Positions 37,219-46,753 of a stretch of 64,000 nucleotides of DNA are shown one piece after another. This stretch comes from Bacteroidales bacterium (lineage in GTDB: Bacteria; Bacteroidota; Bacteroidia; Bacteroidales; VadinHA17), in contig JBAQCQ010000053.1 of the NCBI GenBank assembly GCA_049294275.1, positions 10,971 to 74,970 on the forward strand, given 5' to 3'. Position 1 is the first letter of the stretch; each line of letters opens with the position of its first letter. The notes under the pieces were generated by a model, which was not told the DNA's origin, made no database searches, and was given only the letters and a program-made list of their open reading frames with translations. Both the position numbers and the translations under genes were made by a program.

Positions 37219-38256
37219 TTGAAAAACGAGCTTAAGCAAGCAGTTCAGGCCATTGTTTTCCTTGCACTGGCCATTTTTCTGCTGTGGTTCTCATTCAGGG
37301 GCATTGACCTGGGTGAGCTGTGGGATGAACTCAGGAAGGCACACTACTGGTGGCTGGTTCCCGCTGTCATCTTCTCTGTCCTCAGCTTTTTCATCAGGGG
37401 CCGCCGCTGGAACCTGCTGATTGAGCCGCTTGGCTACAAACCCAGGGTAATCAATGCCTTTTATGCAGTCGTGGCAGGCTATTTTGCGAACATGATTTTC
37501 CCGCGGCTGGGAGAGGTCTCCAAGTGTGCCGCGCTGGGCAAAAAGGAAAATATTCCCTTCGACAAACTGGTGGGGACGATGCTGGTTGAACGTACCATTG
37601 ATGTACTTACGGTACTGGTGATACTGGGCGCGACACTGCTTGCCGGCACTACCGCAACCGGGAGTTTTCTGACGGAGAATGTCTTCATGCCTGCCGAAAA
37701 GAAACTGTCATCCTCCCTGGGATCGGCCACCTTCATCTCAGTGATCGTACTGCTTCTTGCCATAACGGCCGTAGTGATGTTCTTCATGCTCCGCAAGCGC
37801 CTGTCGGCCTATCCGATATTCGGAAGGATTTACTCCTTCTCCGACGGTCTGCTTTCCGGCCTCAAATCTATCGGAAAACTTAAAAAGAAGTGGGAGTTTA
37901 TTCTCCAGACAATCCTGTTATGGATCGCATACTTCTTTATGTCATACTTTCCGATGCTCTGCCTCGATTCCACGGCAGACCTTGGCGTCGGGGCGGCGAT
38001 GTTCATACTTATAATAGGCAGCTTCGGCATGGCCGCCCCGGTACAGAGCGGACTGGGTGCCTACCACTGGATAGTGTCGCGGGGGATACTGGTGGCCTAC
38101 GGCATACCCCTTGAAGAGGGACTTGCCTATGCAACCCTGGAACATGAGTCACAGATGATACTGATTGCAATCCTGGGTGCTTACTCCCTCTATGCACTTT
38201 TCGGAAAAAGAGGCGCCAGCGTGCTGAGCGCTGCCGTAAATGAAAAAGAGTCCTGA
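37219..38256 (+). CDS. Lysylphosphatidylglycerol-synthase-TM / flippase-like (UPF0104) membrane protein
   Basis: 345 aa, polytopic, TTG start in the track, with FFIRGRRWNLL and RLGEVSK motifs typical of the family. Confidence 0.7.
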   Translation: MKNELKQAVQAIVFLALAIFLLWFSFRGIDLGELWDELRKAHYWWLVPAVIFSVLSFFIRGRRWNLLIEPLGYKPRVINAFYAVVAGYFANMIFPRLGEVSKCAALGKKENIPFDKLVGTMLVERTIDVLTVLVILGATLLAGTTATGSFLTENVFMPAEKKLSSSLGSATFISVIVLLLAITAVVMFFMLRKRLSAYPIFGRIYSFSDGLLSGLKSIGKLKKKWEFILQTILLWIAYFFMSYFPMLCLDSTADLGVGAAMFILIIGSFGMAAPVQSGLGAYHWIVSRGILVAYGIPLEEGLAYATLEHESQMILIAILGAYSLYALFGKRGASVLSAAVNEKES

Positions 38257-38270
38257 TGGTGTGCTTTTGC

Positions 38271-38278
38271 TAAATTTG
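38271..38278 (+). promoter_or_regulatory. -7 box candidate for radA
   Basis: TAAATTTG, with 23 nt to ATG 38302. Confidence 0.35.
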
Positions 38279-38301
38279 TCTTTTGCATAATCATTCCCCC
38301 A

Positions 38302-39654
38302 ATGGCAAAGAACAAGAGTGTTTATGTGTGTCAGAACTGCGGCGCCGAGTCACCCAAATGGATCGGCCACTGTCCGGTATGCAAGGAGTGGAACACCTAC
38401 CGCGAGGAACTTGTTACCACCTCATCATCATCCGGTGCAGTAAGGGATACCCCCAGGAGGAAGCCCGAGCTTCTCTCGGGCATCGAGGTCAATGAAAATG
38501 ATCGTATCACTACCGGCATAGGAGAGGCAGACCGTATCCTGGGCGGAGGTATGGTAAAAGGCTCCCTTATACTCATGGGTGGCGAACCGGGTATCGGAAA
38601 ATCGACCCTGGCACTTCAGATAGCCCTTGCCGTCAGTGGCAGAAGAGTGCTCTATGTCTCCGGAGAGGAGAGCGAGGGCCAGGTCAAGCTGCGGGCAAAG
38701 CGACTGGAAGGCAGCAACCAGGAATGCTTCATATATAACGAGACAGAGCTTGAGAGCGTCCTGGCACAGGCAGGAGCCATCAACCCGCAGCTTCTCATCA
38801 TTGACTCGGTGCAGACACTCAGCTCTTCACTTCTTGAATCTTCCGCAGGATCAGTGTCACAGGTCAGGGAGTGCGCAGCCATGATGCTCCGCTATGCAAA
38901 GGAGTCAGGCGTGCCGGTGATACTTATAGGCCATATCACCAAGGACGGCACCCTTGCCGGCCCGAAAGTGCTTGAGCATATCGTTGATGTGGTGCTTCAG
39001 TTCGAGGGTGACGGCAACTACGTGTTCAGAATCCTGAGACCTGTAAAGAACCGCTTCGGATCAACCGCGGAGATTGGTATCTTCGAGATGGCTTCCAACG
39101 GGCTTCGTGAGGTGACTGACCCGTCGGAACTATTCATCCGCCGTGACCGCGACCCGGCAAGCGGTGTCAGCATAGCCGCCACGGTTGACGGACTGAGGCC
39201 CTTTATGATAGAGACGCAGGCACTGGTGAGCAGTGCTGTCTACGGCACCCCACAGAGAAGCTCCACGGGATTTGATACTCGTCGTCTGAACATGCTTCTG
39301 GCAGTGCTGGAAAAGAGAGCCGGCTTCCGCCTGGGAGTCAAGGATGTCTTTTTTAACATTGCCGGCGGAATCAAAGTCAGTGACCCTGCCATCGACCTTG
39401 CAGTGGTGAGTGCGGTGCTATCGTCAAACCTTGATGCACCTCTGAGCCAGCATACGGCATTCGCCGGCGAGGTGGGGCTCTCGGGGGAGATAAGGCCGGT
39501 GGCAAGACTGGAACAGCGCATCCTTGAAGCATCAAGGATGGGGTTCGAACAGATAGTGGTATCGGGTTATCACAGAAGCATCAGGGAACAGTCAGCAATA
39601 AAAATATCAAAGGTCAGCAAGGTTGAAGGGCTGGTTAGACTGCTCTTCCCGTGA
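38302..39654 (+). CDS. radA: DNA repair protein RadA
   Basis: 450 aa with the Zn ribbon CQNCGAESPKWIGHCPVC, GGEPGIGKST, VKNRFGST, and a Lon-like C-terminus. Confidence 0.95.
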   Translation: MAKNKSVYVCQNCGAESPKWIGHCPVCKEWNTYREELVTTSSSSGAVRDTPRRKPELLSGIEVNENDRITTGIGEADRILGGGMVKGSLILMGGEPGIGKSTLALQIALAVSGRRVLYVSGEESEGQVKLRAKRLEGSNQECFIYNETELESVLAQAGAINPQLLIIDSVQTLSSSLLESSAGSVSQVRECAAMMLRYAKESGVPVILIGHITKDGTLAGPKVLEHIVDVVLQFEGDGNYVFRILRPVKNRFGSTAEIGIFEMASNGLREVTDPSELFIRRDRDPASGVSIAATVDGLRPFMIETQALVSSAVYGTPQRSSTGFDTRRLNMLLAVLEKRAGFRLGVKDVFFNIAGGIKVSDPAIDLAVVSAVLSSNLDAPLSQHTAFAGEVGLSGEIRPVARLEQRILEASRMGFEQIVVSGYHRSIREQSAIKISKVSKVEGLVRLLFP

Positions 39655-39723
39655 CGTCTCAAAGAGTGCTCTGTTCGTGATCGGGGCGCAGACCTGTCCC
39701 CGGGAGCTGATCAGACCTGATGA

Positions 39724-42069
39724 TCAGTATTCACGCTGCCTGTAGGGGCTGGTTGGCTGTTCTCTCCTGACTTTGTCACAGTCAAGGTCGACGCTGAATC
39801 CGGGCGGAGCCTCGAATACAGATTGTTCCATCGGAGCAAAATCCTTGTCGGCAAACAGCTTCTGAAGGAACAGTCCGAAGACCGGGAGTGCCATGTTGGA
39901 ACCCTGCCCCAGTGAGAGATCTTCAAAATGAATCGCCTGATCCTCCCATCCTGTCCATACCCCCGCAACCAGGTCAGGCATGACGCCCATGTACCATCCG
40001 TTTGAATGGTTCTGTGTGGTTCCCGTCTTGCCTCCCATCTGGTTGGTCATCCTGTACGTTCCCCTCAGCCTGAGCCCTGTGCCCGTGTTCACTACACCCT
40101 GAAGAAGAGCAGTCATCAGGTAGGCATCATCCTCGCTTATAACCTCGTCAATGAAGGGTGTAAAGGTTGAGATCACGTTTCCGTTTCGGTCTTCTATGCG
40201 TGTCACATACAGCGGACGGGTATGAACACCCTTGTTGACAAACGTCCCGTAAGCTCCCACCATCTCCTCAAGGGCAAGGTCTGACGTCCCGAGAAAAATT
40301 GAAACTACAGGGTCGATAAAACTCCTGATACCCATCCGGTGCATCAGGTCAACAACAGCCTGGGGCGAAAACTGCTTTATCAGCCAGGCAGAGATGTAGT
40401 TTTCAGACTGTGCCAGTCCCCACTTCAGGGTGACCATCTTCCCGTGGTATTCAACGGGACCGGAACTGCGGGGGATATATATCGAATCTCCCACATCAAA
40501 GGACCGCTCTACATTCTCCACCTCATAACAGGGCGAATAGCCGTCCTGCATCGCCAGAGTGTAGAGGAAGGGCTTGATGGTTGATCCTATCTGTTTCTTT
40601 TGCTGGGTTACAGCATCATACTTGAAGTACCTGAAGTCGGGTCCGCCGACGTATGCCTTCACGTGGCCGGTATGCGGATCCATGGCCATGAATGACGACC
40701 TGACAAAGAACTTATAGTATTTTATTGAATCGAGCGGGGTCATCACGGTGTCGCGCTCTCCGTCCCATGAAAAGAGCTTTGTGGGAATGGGGGTGTTGAA
40801 GGCCAGGGTGATGGAGTCTTCCGGTATGCCGGCGCGTTTCATGTTCTGGTACCTGTCGCTCTGTCGCACAGACCTGTCAATAAGCTGCTTCACCTGCGCG
40901 GTGTTGAGGTCATTGGAATAGGGCGGATTCCTGTAGGTCTTTGCCTTCTTGTTGAATACCGGCTGAAGGTTCTGCGAGAGATGCTGTACAACCGCCTCCT
41001 CGGCATAGGTCTGCATCTTTGAGTTCAGGGTGGTGTAGATCCTCAGTCCGTCACGGTACAGATTGTAGTTGGAGCCGTCAGGTTTGGTGTTCTTGCGGCA
41101 CCAACCGTACAGTGGGTCGTTCTGCCAGCGCCACACTGCGTCTTCGTACTGGTCATCGGAATAAAACATGTTCCGCTGAGGCTCGTACTTGATCATGGTG
41201 GTGCGGATATACTCCCTGAAATAGGTTGCCAGACCCGTGTTGTGGCTGTCCTCGCGCAGGTCAAGCACCAGCGGCAGGTTTTTAACCGAGTCAGCCACTT
41301 CGCGTGGCAGATAGCCGTATCGTTCCATCTGCGATATCACCACATTCCGTCTCCTGAGGGCGGTCTCGGCATTCCGCAACGGGTTGTAGGCTACAGAGTT
41401 CTTGAGCATACCTACAAGCATGGCTGACTGCTCAATGTTGAGCGAGTCAGGGGTGGTGTTGAAGTATACGCGCGCGGCAGAGTTTATTCCAACTGCATTA
41501 TATATAAAGTCGAAGACGTTCAGATACATTGTGATGATCTCTTCCTTGGTGTAGCTCCTCTCAAGCTTCACGGCCGTCTGCCACTCCTTGAACTTGGTTA
41601 CCGTCAGTTTCGCTGCCCTGACGATGGCCGGGTCATTCGAGAGATCCCTGGGCAGGAAAAGGTTCTTGGCAAGCTGCTGCGTGATGGTGCTGCCGCCGCC
41701 TGTCTCCTTTCCTAAAATTAGAGTCTTGACCAGTACCCTGGCAAGTCCCCTGAAATCAATGCCGGCGTGCCTGTGGAACCTGATGTCCTCGGTGGAAATA
41801 AGCGCATCAACAACGTACGGTGAAATATCGTCGTACTCGGTCCATGTCCGGTTCTGGCTCTGCAGATAGAACTTCCCCAGCAGGACATTATCTTCGGAGT
41901 AGACCTCTGCCGCGAGGTTGTTGGCGGGGTTTTCAACCTCCTCGAAAGAGGGGATAGGGCCAAGCTTGTTGGCCGATATAAGGATGAACAGTGTCAGCAC
42001 AAGAACAGCCGGCAGAGATATTATCACCCAGAACCAGATAATGCTTTTCCGGAATTTTTTATCCCTCAT
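39724..42069 (-). CDS. mrcA: Class A penicillin-binding protein (glycosyltransferase GT51 plus transpeptidase)
   Basis: 781 aa with an N-terminal TM helix, EDIRFHRHAGID, GGSTITQQL, STIKP (SxxK) and GKTGTT (KTG). Confidence 0.9.
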   Translation of the reverse strand: MRDKKFRKSIIWFWVIISLPAVLVLTLFILISANKLGPIPSFEEVENPANNLAAEVYSEDNVLLGKFYLQSQNRTWTEYDDISPYVVDALISTEDIRFHRHAGIDFRGLARVLVKTLILGKETGGGSTITQQLAKNLFLPRDLSNDPAIVRAAKLTVTKFKEWQTAVKLERSYTKEEIITMYLNVFDFIYNAVGINSAARVYFNTTPDSLNIEQSAMLVGMLKNSVAYNPLRNAETALRRRNVVISQMERYGYLPREVADSVKNLPLVLDLREDSHNTGLATYFREYIRTTMIKYEPQRNMFYSDDQYEDAVWRWQNDPLYGWCRKNTKPDGSNYNLYRDGLRIYTTLNSKMQTYAEEAVVQHLSQNLQPVFNKKAKTYRNPPYSNDLNTAQVKQLIDRSVRQSDRYQNMKRAGIPEDSITLAFNTPIPTKLFSWDGERDTVMTPLDSIKYYKFFVRSSFMAMDPHTGHVKAYVGGPDFRYFKYDAVTQQKKQIGSTIKPFLYTLAMQDGYSPCYEVENVERSFDVGDSIYIPRSSGPVEYHGKMVTLKWGLAQSENYISAWLIKQFSPQAVVDLMHRMGIRSFIDPVVSIFLGTSDLALEEMVGAYGTFVNKGVHTRPLYVTRIEDRNGNVISTFTPFIDEVISEDDAYLMTALLQGVVNTGTGLRLRGTYRMTNQMGGKTGTTQNHSNGWYMGVMPDLVAGVWTGWEDQAIHFEDLSLGQGSNMALPVFGLFLQKLFADKDFAPMEQSVFEAPPGFSVDLDCDKVRREQPTSPYRQREY

Positions 42070-42123
42070 GATACCCTCATAATATGGGCGCTAATTTAAT
42101 GATTTATACAGAATCTTTCCCAA

Positions 42124-42131
42124 TAATTTTG
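42124..42131 (+). promoter_or_regulatory. -7 box candidate for topA
   Basis: TAATTTTG, with 50 nt to ATG 42182. Confidence 0.3.
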
Positions 42132-42181
42132 AAGTTAGTGCCGTTAATCGCTTACTTTGCCCTGTTTTTAAAAAGAGTCGG

Positions 42182-44500
42182 ATGACAGAAAATCTGGTTA
42201 TAGTTGAATCACCTGCAAAAGCAAAAACGATAGAAAAATTCCTCGGAAAGGATTTTAAGGTTGTCTCAAGCTTCGGCCACATACGTGATCTTGAAAAGAA
42301 GGGCCTCGGGGTTGAGGTTGATAAGGGCTTTGCCCCGGTATATGAGGTTCCTGAGGAGAAGAAGAAGGTGGTGAACGAGCTTCGCAAGCTGGCCGGTGAG
42401 GCTAAGACCGTATGGATCGCCTCCGATGAGGACCGTGAGGGGGAAGCCATAGCATGGCACCTGATCTCGGTCCTTGGCCTTGATCCCTCCTCAACCCGCC
42501 GCATCGTATTCCACGAGATAACGAAGGAAGCCATCACCAGGGCTGTGGAGTCGCCGCGCCAGGTTGATATGAATCTTGTAAACGCCCAGCAGGCGCGCAG
42601 GATCCTTGACAGGCTGGTGGGATTCGAGATCTCCCCCGTACTGTGGAAAAAGGTGCAGCCCTCGCTCTCGGCAGGGAGGGTCCAGTCGGTGGCAGTGCGC
42701 CTCCTGGTTGACCGTGAACGTGAGATTATAAGCTTTGTCTCTGACTCCGCATACAGGGTTACAGGCTCATTCAGCGGAAAGAACAGCGAAGGCTCCGATC
42801 TCACCCTCAGGGCCGAGTGTCCTAAAAAATTCAGCACAGAGAAAGAGACAAAAGCTTTCCTGGAAACATGCAACGGATCGACGTTCACCGTTGATAACAT
42901 AGTGGTAAAACCGGGTACGCGTTCACCCGCCCCGCCCTTCACCACATCCACCCTCCAGCAGGAGGCCTACCGCAAGCTGGGCTTCTCCGTGGCACAGACG
43001 ATGTCAGTGGCACAGAAGCTCTATGAGGCAGGAAAGATCACCTACATGAGGACTGACTCGACAAACCTTTCGTCGCTTGCCCTGAACACTGCCAGGGATG
43101 TTATCACGGCTGATTACGGAGCCGGATATTCACGCACAAGGCAGTTCAGGACTCATTCAAAGGGCGCACAGGAGGCACATGAAGCCATCAGGCCAACCTA
43201 TTTTGACAGGAAGGATACCACTGGTACTGTCAATGAGAAGAAGCTCTATGAGCTCATCTGGCGAAGGGCGATAGCCTCGCAGATGTCAGATGCCAGGATG
43301 GAGAAGACAACCATCACAATCGGCATGTCATCATCACCCTACACGTTCACCGCAACGGGTGAGGTGATACTCTTTGACGGGTTTCTGAAGGTTTACACCG
43401 AATCATATGACAGCAATGCGAATGAGGATGAAAAATCAATTCTCCCCCGCGTTGACAATGGCATGAAGCTTACCGCTGACTCCATCACCGCCCTTCAGCG
43501 TTTCACCACTCCGCCTCCGCGCTATACGGAGGCAAGCCTGGTGAAGAAGCTTGAGGAGCTGGGGATCGGAAGGCCTTCAACCTATGCACCTATAATATCT
43601 ACAATACAGTCGCGCGGTTATGTTACCCGTGAAGACAGGCCCGGAGAAAAACGGACCGTAGCGCAGCTGACCCTCTCAAAGGGAAAGATAATCCGTACCG
43701 AAAAGGTTGAGATAACAGGAAAGGAGAAGTCGAAGCTCTTCCCCCGTGACATCGGAATGATTGTCAATGACTTTCTCATTGCCAACTTCCCGGATATCCT
43801 CGACTACAATTTCACTGCCGGCGTGGAGAAGGAGTTTGATGAGATTGCCTCCGGTGAGCTTGAGTGGGACAGGATGATTTCGGAGTTTTACAGTCCCTTC
43901 CATAAGACTGTTGACAATTCTCTCTCCAGCAGGGCCCGCATGACCGGATCACGCCAGCTGGGCACTGACCCGGCAACGGGACTGCCCGTTTCTGTGAGGA
44001 TGAGCCGGTTCGGGCCTGTGGTGCAGCTCGGGGAGGCTTCGCCGGACAAAAAGCCCCGTTTTGCCAACCTCAGAAGCGACCAGCTCCTGGAGACCATAAC
44101 CCTCGATGAGGCGCTGACTCTCTTTACCCTGCCCAGAACGGTGGGGACATTCGAAGGCAGCGAGATGACGGTGGGTGTAGGCAAGTTCGGGCCCTATGTT
44201 AAGCACGGAGGAAAGTTCTATTCGCTGAAGAAGGGAGTTGATGACCCCTACACCATCACTGAAGAGAGAGCCGCGGAGCTCATCAGGGAGAAGAGGGACG
44301 GAGACAAACAGAAGGTAATAAATGAGTTCGGTGAAATCCGGGTGCTTAACGGCAGGTACGGACCCTACATCGTGTATGACAAAGCCAACTACCGCATCCC
44401 TAAGGGCACTGACCCTCAGAAGCTGACAAAGGAGGAATGTCTTGCCATCATCGAAAAGGGCGGCAAAACCAAAAGCACCAGGGGCGGAAAGAAGAAGTGA
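42182..44500 (+). CDS. topA: DNA topoisomerase I
   Basis: 772 aa with TOPRIM LVIVESPAKAKTI and DEDREGE, the active-site region ITYMRTDS, and C-terminal repeats GKFGPYVKH / NGRYGPYIVY. Confidence 0.97.
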   Translation: MTENLVIVESPAKAKTIEKFLGKDFKVVSSFGHIRDLEKKGLGVEVDKGFAPVYEVPEEKKKVVNELRKLAGEAKTVWIASDEDREGEAIAWHLISVLGLDPSSTRRIVFHEITKEAITRAVESPRQVDMNLVNAQQARRILDRLVGFEISPVLWKKVQPSLSAGRVQSVAVRLLVDREREIISFVSDSAYRVTGSFSGKNSEGSDLTLRAECPKKFSTEKETKAFLETCNGSTFTVDNIVVKPGTRSPAPPFTTSTLQQEAYRKLGFSVAQTMSVAQKLYEAGKITYMRTDSTNLSSLALNTARDVITADYGAGYSRTRQFRTHSKGAQEAHEAIRPTYFDRKDTTGTVNEKKLYELIWRRAIASQMSDARMEKTTITIGMSSSPYTFTATGEVILFDGFLKVYTESYDSNANEDEKSILPRVDNGMKLTADSITALQRFTTPPPRYTEASLVKKLEELGIGRPSTYAPIISTIQSRGYVTREDRPGEKRTVAQLTLSKGKIIRTEKVEITGKEKSKLFPRDIGMIVNDFLIANFPDILDYNFTAGVEKEFDEIASGELEWDRMISEFYSPFHKTVDNSLSSRARMTGSRQLGTDPATGLPVSVRMSRFGPVVQLGEASPDKKPRFANLRSDQLLETITLDEALTLFTLPRTVGTFEGSEMTVGVGKFGPYVKHGGKFYSLKKGVDDPYTITEERAAELIREKRDGDKQKVINEFGEIRVLNGRYGPYIVYDKANYRIPKGTDPQKLTKEECLAIIEKGGKTKSTRGGKKK

Positions 44501-44511
44501 CCTTATATAAT

Positions 44512-45681
44512 ATGATCGACCTGAACCAGTATCTTGATCCTGTCTGTCTCGACAAGCCCGGGGCAGAGCCCCTGAAAGGATCTGCTGCCTTTTCCCACAA
44601 CGTGTCGGTCAACACCGGCAATGCACCCATTGAAGACCTCAGCGGCTTTGCCATCGCTATTGTGGGTGTGCCTGATGACCGTTCTTCAGCCAATGCAGGT
44701 GCATCACATGCTCCTGACGCCATTCGCCGGAGTCTCTACTCCTTCTCGCGCCTGCCGGGGAAGATGAAGATAACCGACCTGGGCAATCTCAAGCCCGGCG
44801 CATCCTTTGAAGACACCCTGGCCGGACTGCGTGATGTGCTCATCCAGTTGCTGGCGCAGGATATCGTTCCGGTGGTCATCGGCGGCACCAGTGCCCTGAT
44901 GCCGGCAATAGACCGTTGCCTCTCCTCTCAGAAGCAGGGATGGTCACTTGTCTCTGTTGATTCGAGGCTGGATTTCACCGCTGAGAAAAGAACACCCGAC
45001 TCACTGAACTGGATGAATGACCTGATCTACCGGAGCAGCAGTTACCTCTCGCACCTCTCGGTCATAGGACACCAGACATATCTCACCGATCAGCAGGTGG
45101 TGAACCGGTTCAACCGCAGGCATTATGACATGATGAGAATAGGGGAGGTGCGTGCGGCCGTACATGAGACCGAAGCGCTTTTCCGCGATGCCACCGCGGC
45201 GGTGTTTGACATCGGATCGGTGCGGCAGTCGGATGCCCCCGGCACCTTCCTCCCGTCTGCCAACGGCTTTTACGGAGAGGAGATATGCCTGCTCGCCAGG
45301 TATGCCGGACTGTCAGACAACCTCAGGATACTTTCTGTCATGGAGGTCAACCCCACGCTTGACAACAGGTCGCAGACATCACACCTCGCAGCTCAGCTGA
45401 TATGGTTCTTCCTCGAGGGTTTCTCCCAGAAGCAGTATGAGATAACCTACCTCGACGACCAGACCAGCAGCCGTTTCACCCGTTACCATGTGACCCTCAG
45501 TGACCTGGAGGGCGAAGCGATCTTCATCAAGAGCATGATCACAGAGCGCTGGTGGATTGAGATCCGTGACACCGAAGGGGAACCACATTACCTTGCCTGC
45601 TCTTACGAGGACTACCTGATGGCCAACCGCGACCAGGTCCCCGGACGCTGGACCAGAGCCATGCTCAGGTTCGGCCACTAA
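44512..45681 (+). CDS. Arginase/formiminoglutamase-fold protein with degenerate metal-binding motifs
   Basis: Start moved to ATG 44512 (MIDLNQYLDP). Ureohydrolase layout, but the motifs read VVIGGTSA (for GGDHS), VDSRLD (for DAHxD) and FDIGSV (for DxDxxD). Confidence 0.7.
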   Translation: MIDLNQYLDPVCLDKPGAEPLKGSAAFSHNVSVNTGNAPIEDLSGFAIAIVGVPDDRSSANAGASHAPDAIRRSLYSFSRLPGKMKITDLGNLKPGASFEDTLAGLRDVLIQLLAQDIVPVVIGGTSALMPAIDRCLSSQKQGWSLVSVDSRLDFTAEKRTPDSLNWMNDLIYRSSSYLSHLSVIGHQTYLTDQQVVNRFNRRHYDMMRIGEVRAAVHETEALFRDATAAVFDIGSVRQSDAPGTFLPSANGFYGEEICLLARYAGLSDNLRILSVMEVNPTLDNRSQTSHLAAQLIWFFLEGFSQKQYEITYLDDQTSSRFTRYHVTLSDLEGEAIFIKSMITERWWIEIRDTEGEPHYLACSYEDYLMANRDQVPGRWTRAMLRFGH

Positions 45682-45756
45682 AATGTGCCTCAATTTGGCA
45701 CCTTGCATATTTTTTATTTATTTTGATCGTTATCTTTAAGGGCGCAATCAAGTGCC

Positions 45757-46707
45757 TTGAACATGAAGAAAGTCAGGACAGTCATCCTAGTATTAATCAT
45801 TCCGGCATGTGTGGTCTTTGGTCAGCAGGACCCGGTGGTGAGCTATTACATGTTCAATACCCAGACCTACAACCCGGCCTTTTCAGGGATGACCGGAATG
45901 ATAACGGCCACAGCCCTCACACGGCAGCAGTGGGTAGGGTTCCCCGGAGCACCTTCCACAATGATCTTCAACGTCAACACACCCTTCAGCCTCCTTGGCC
46001 TGAGAAGCGGCGCCGGGCTGCTGGTGGAGGCTGACAAGTACGGATTCAGCAATGATATCGAACTGAGCCTCTCCTATTCGGCCCACTTTCCGGTAGAAGG
46101 CGGAACGCTTGGCGCAGGCTTCAGTGCTGGTATGCTGAACAAGACCCTCGCCCCCGAATGGTTCATACCGTCGGGAACAAGTCATACCCCGCCATCGGGA
46201 GACCCTCTCATCCCTGAAAATGATGAATCTTTCCTTGCACTCGACATCTCTGCCGGTGTCTTTTACCAGGGTCTTAATTATTACGCCGGAATCTCGGTTA
46301 CCCATCTCAACCAGCCCAAAATAAAATATTCGGAAACAGCCACTTACGTAAGCCGCGAATACTACCTTACTGCCGGTTACTACTTCCAGCTGCCTGATCC
46401 TTCGTTAGAACTCATTCCATCGGTTTTTATCGTCAATGACGGCGCCACTACACAATATTTAGCAACCGGCATGGTTAGATACAATAAAAAGATATGGGGT
46501 GGCGTTTCTTACAGGATAAGTGACGCAATCACAGGTTTTGCAGGAGTAGAATTGTATAATGGTCTAAAGATTGGATATGGATATGACTTCCCGATATCGG
46601 AGATCAGAAAAGGAACCAGCGGATCACATGAATTTGTTGTCTCGTACAGTTTTGACGTCGGCCTGGGAAGAAGCGTCACTAAATATAAAAGTATTCGTTT
46701 CCTATAA
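45757..46707 (+). CDS. porP: T9SS outer-membrane protein PorP/SprF
   Basis: 316 aa with a signal peptide. The family signature is QQDPVVSYYMFNTQTYNPAFSG, then QQWVGFPGAP. It lies directly upstream of gldK. Confidence 0.85.
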   Translation: MNMKKVRTVILVLIIPACVVFGQQDPVVSYYMFNTQTYNPAFSGMTGMITATALTRQQWVGFPGAPSTMIFNVNTPFSLLGLRSGAGLLVEADKYGFSNDIELSLSYSAHFPVEGGTLGAGFSAGMLNKTLAPEWFIPSGTSHTPPSGDPLIPENDESFLALDISAGVFYQGLNYYAGISVTHLNQPKIKYSETATYVSREYYLTAGYYFQLPDPSLELIPSVFIVNDGATTQYLATGMVRYNKKIWGGVSYRISDAITGFAGVELYNGLKIGYGYDFPISEIRKGTSGSHEFVVSYSFDVGLGRSVTKYKSIRFL

Positions 46708-46753
46708 GGGACGGGGAAAAGTGAACTATTTGCATTCTTAAATTTATGAGTAT

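Noticed and set aside
39707-39727. CTGATCA-(7 nt)-TGATCAG hairpin between radA and the PBP1A gene as a terminator
   Set aside because: Neither strand has a U-tract, and the right arm overlaps the PBP1A stop codon. There is not enough evidence to call a terminator.
42091-42951. 286-aa ORF antisense to the 5' part of topA
   Set aside because: It is antisense to a strongly conserved gene. It is Ser/Thr/Arg-rich with no recognisable motif, and it runs through the topA promoter region.
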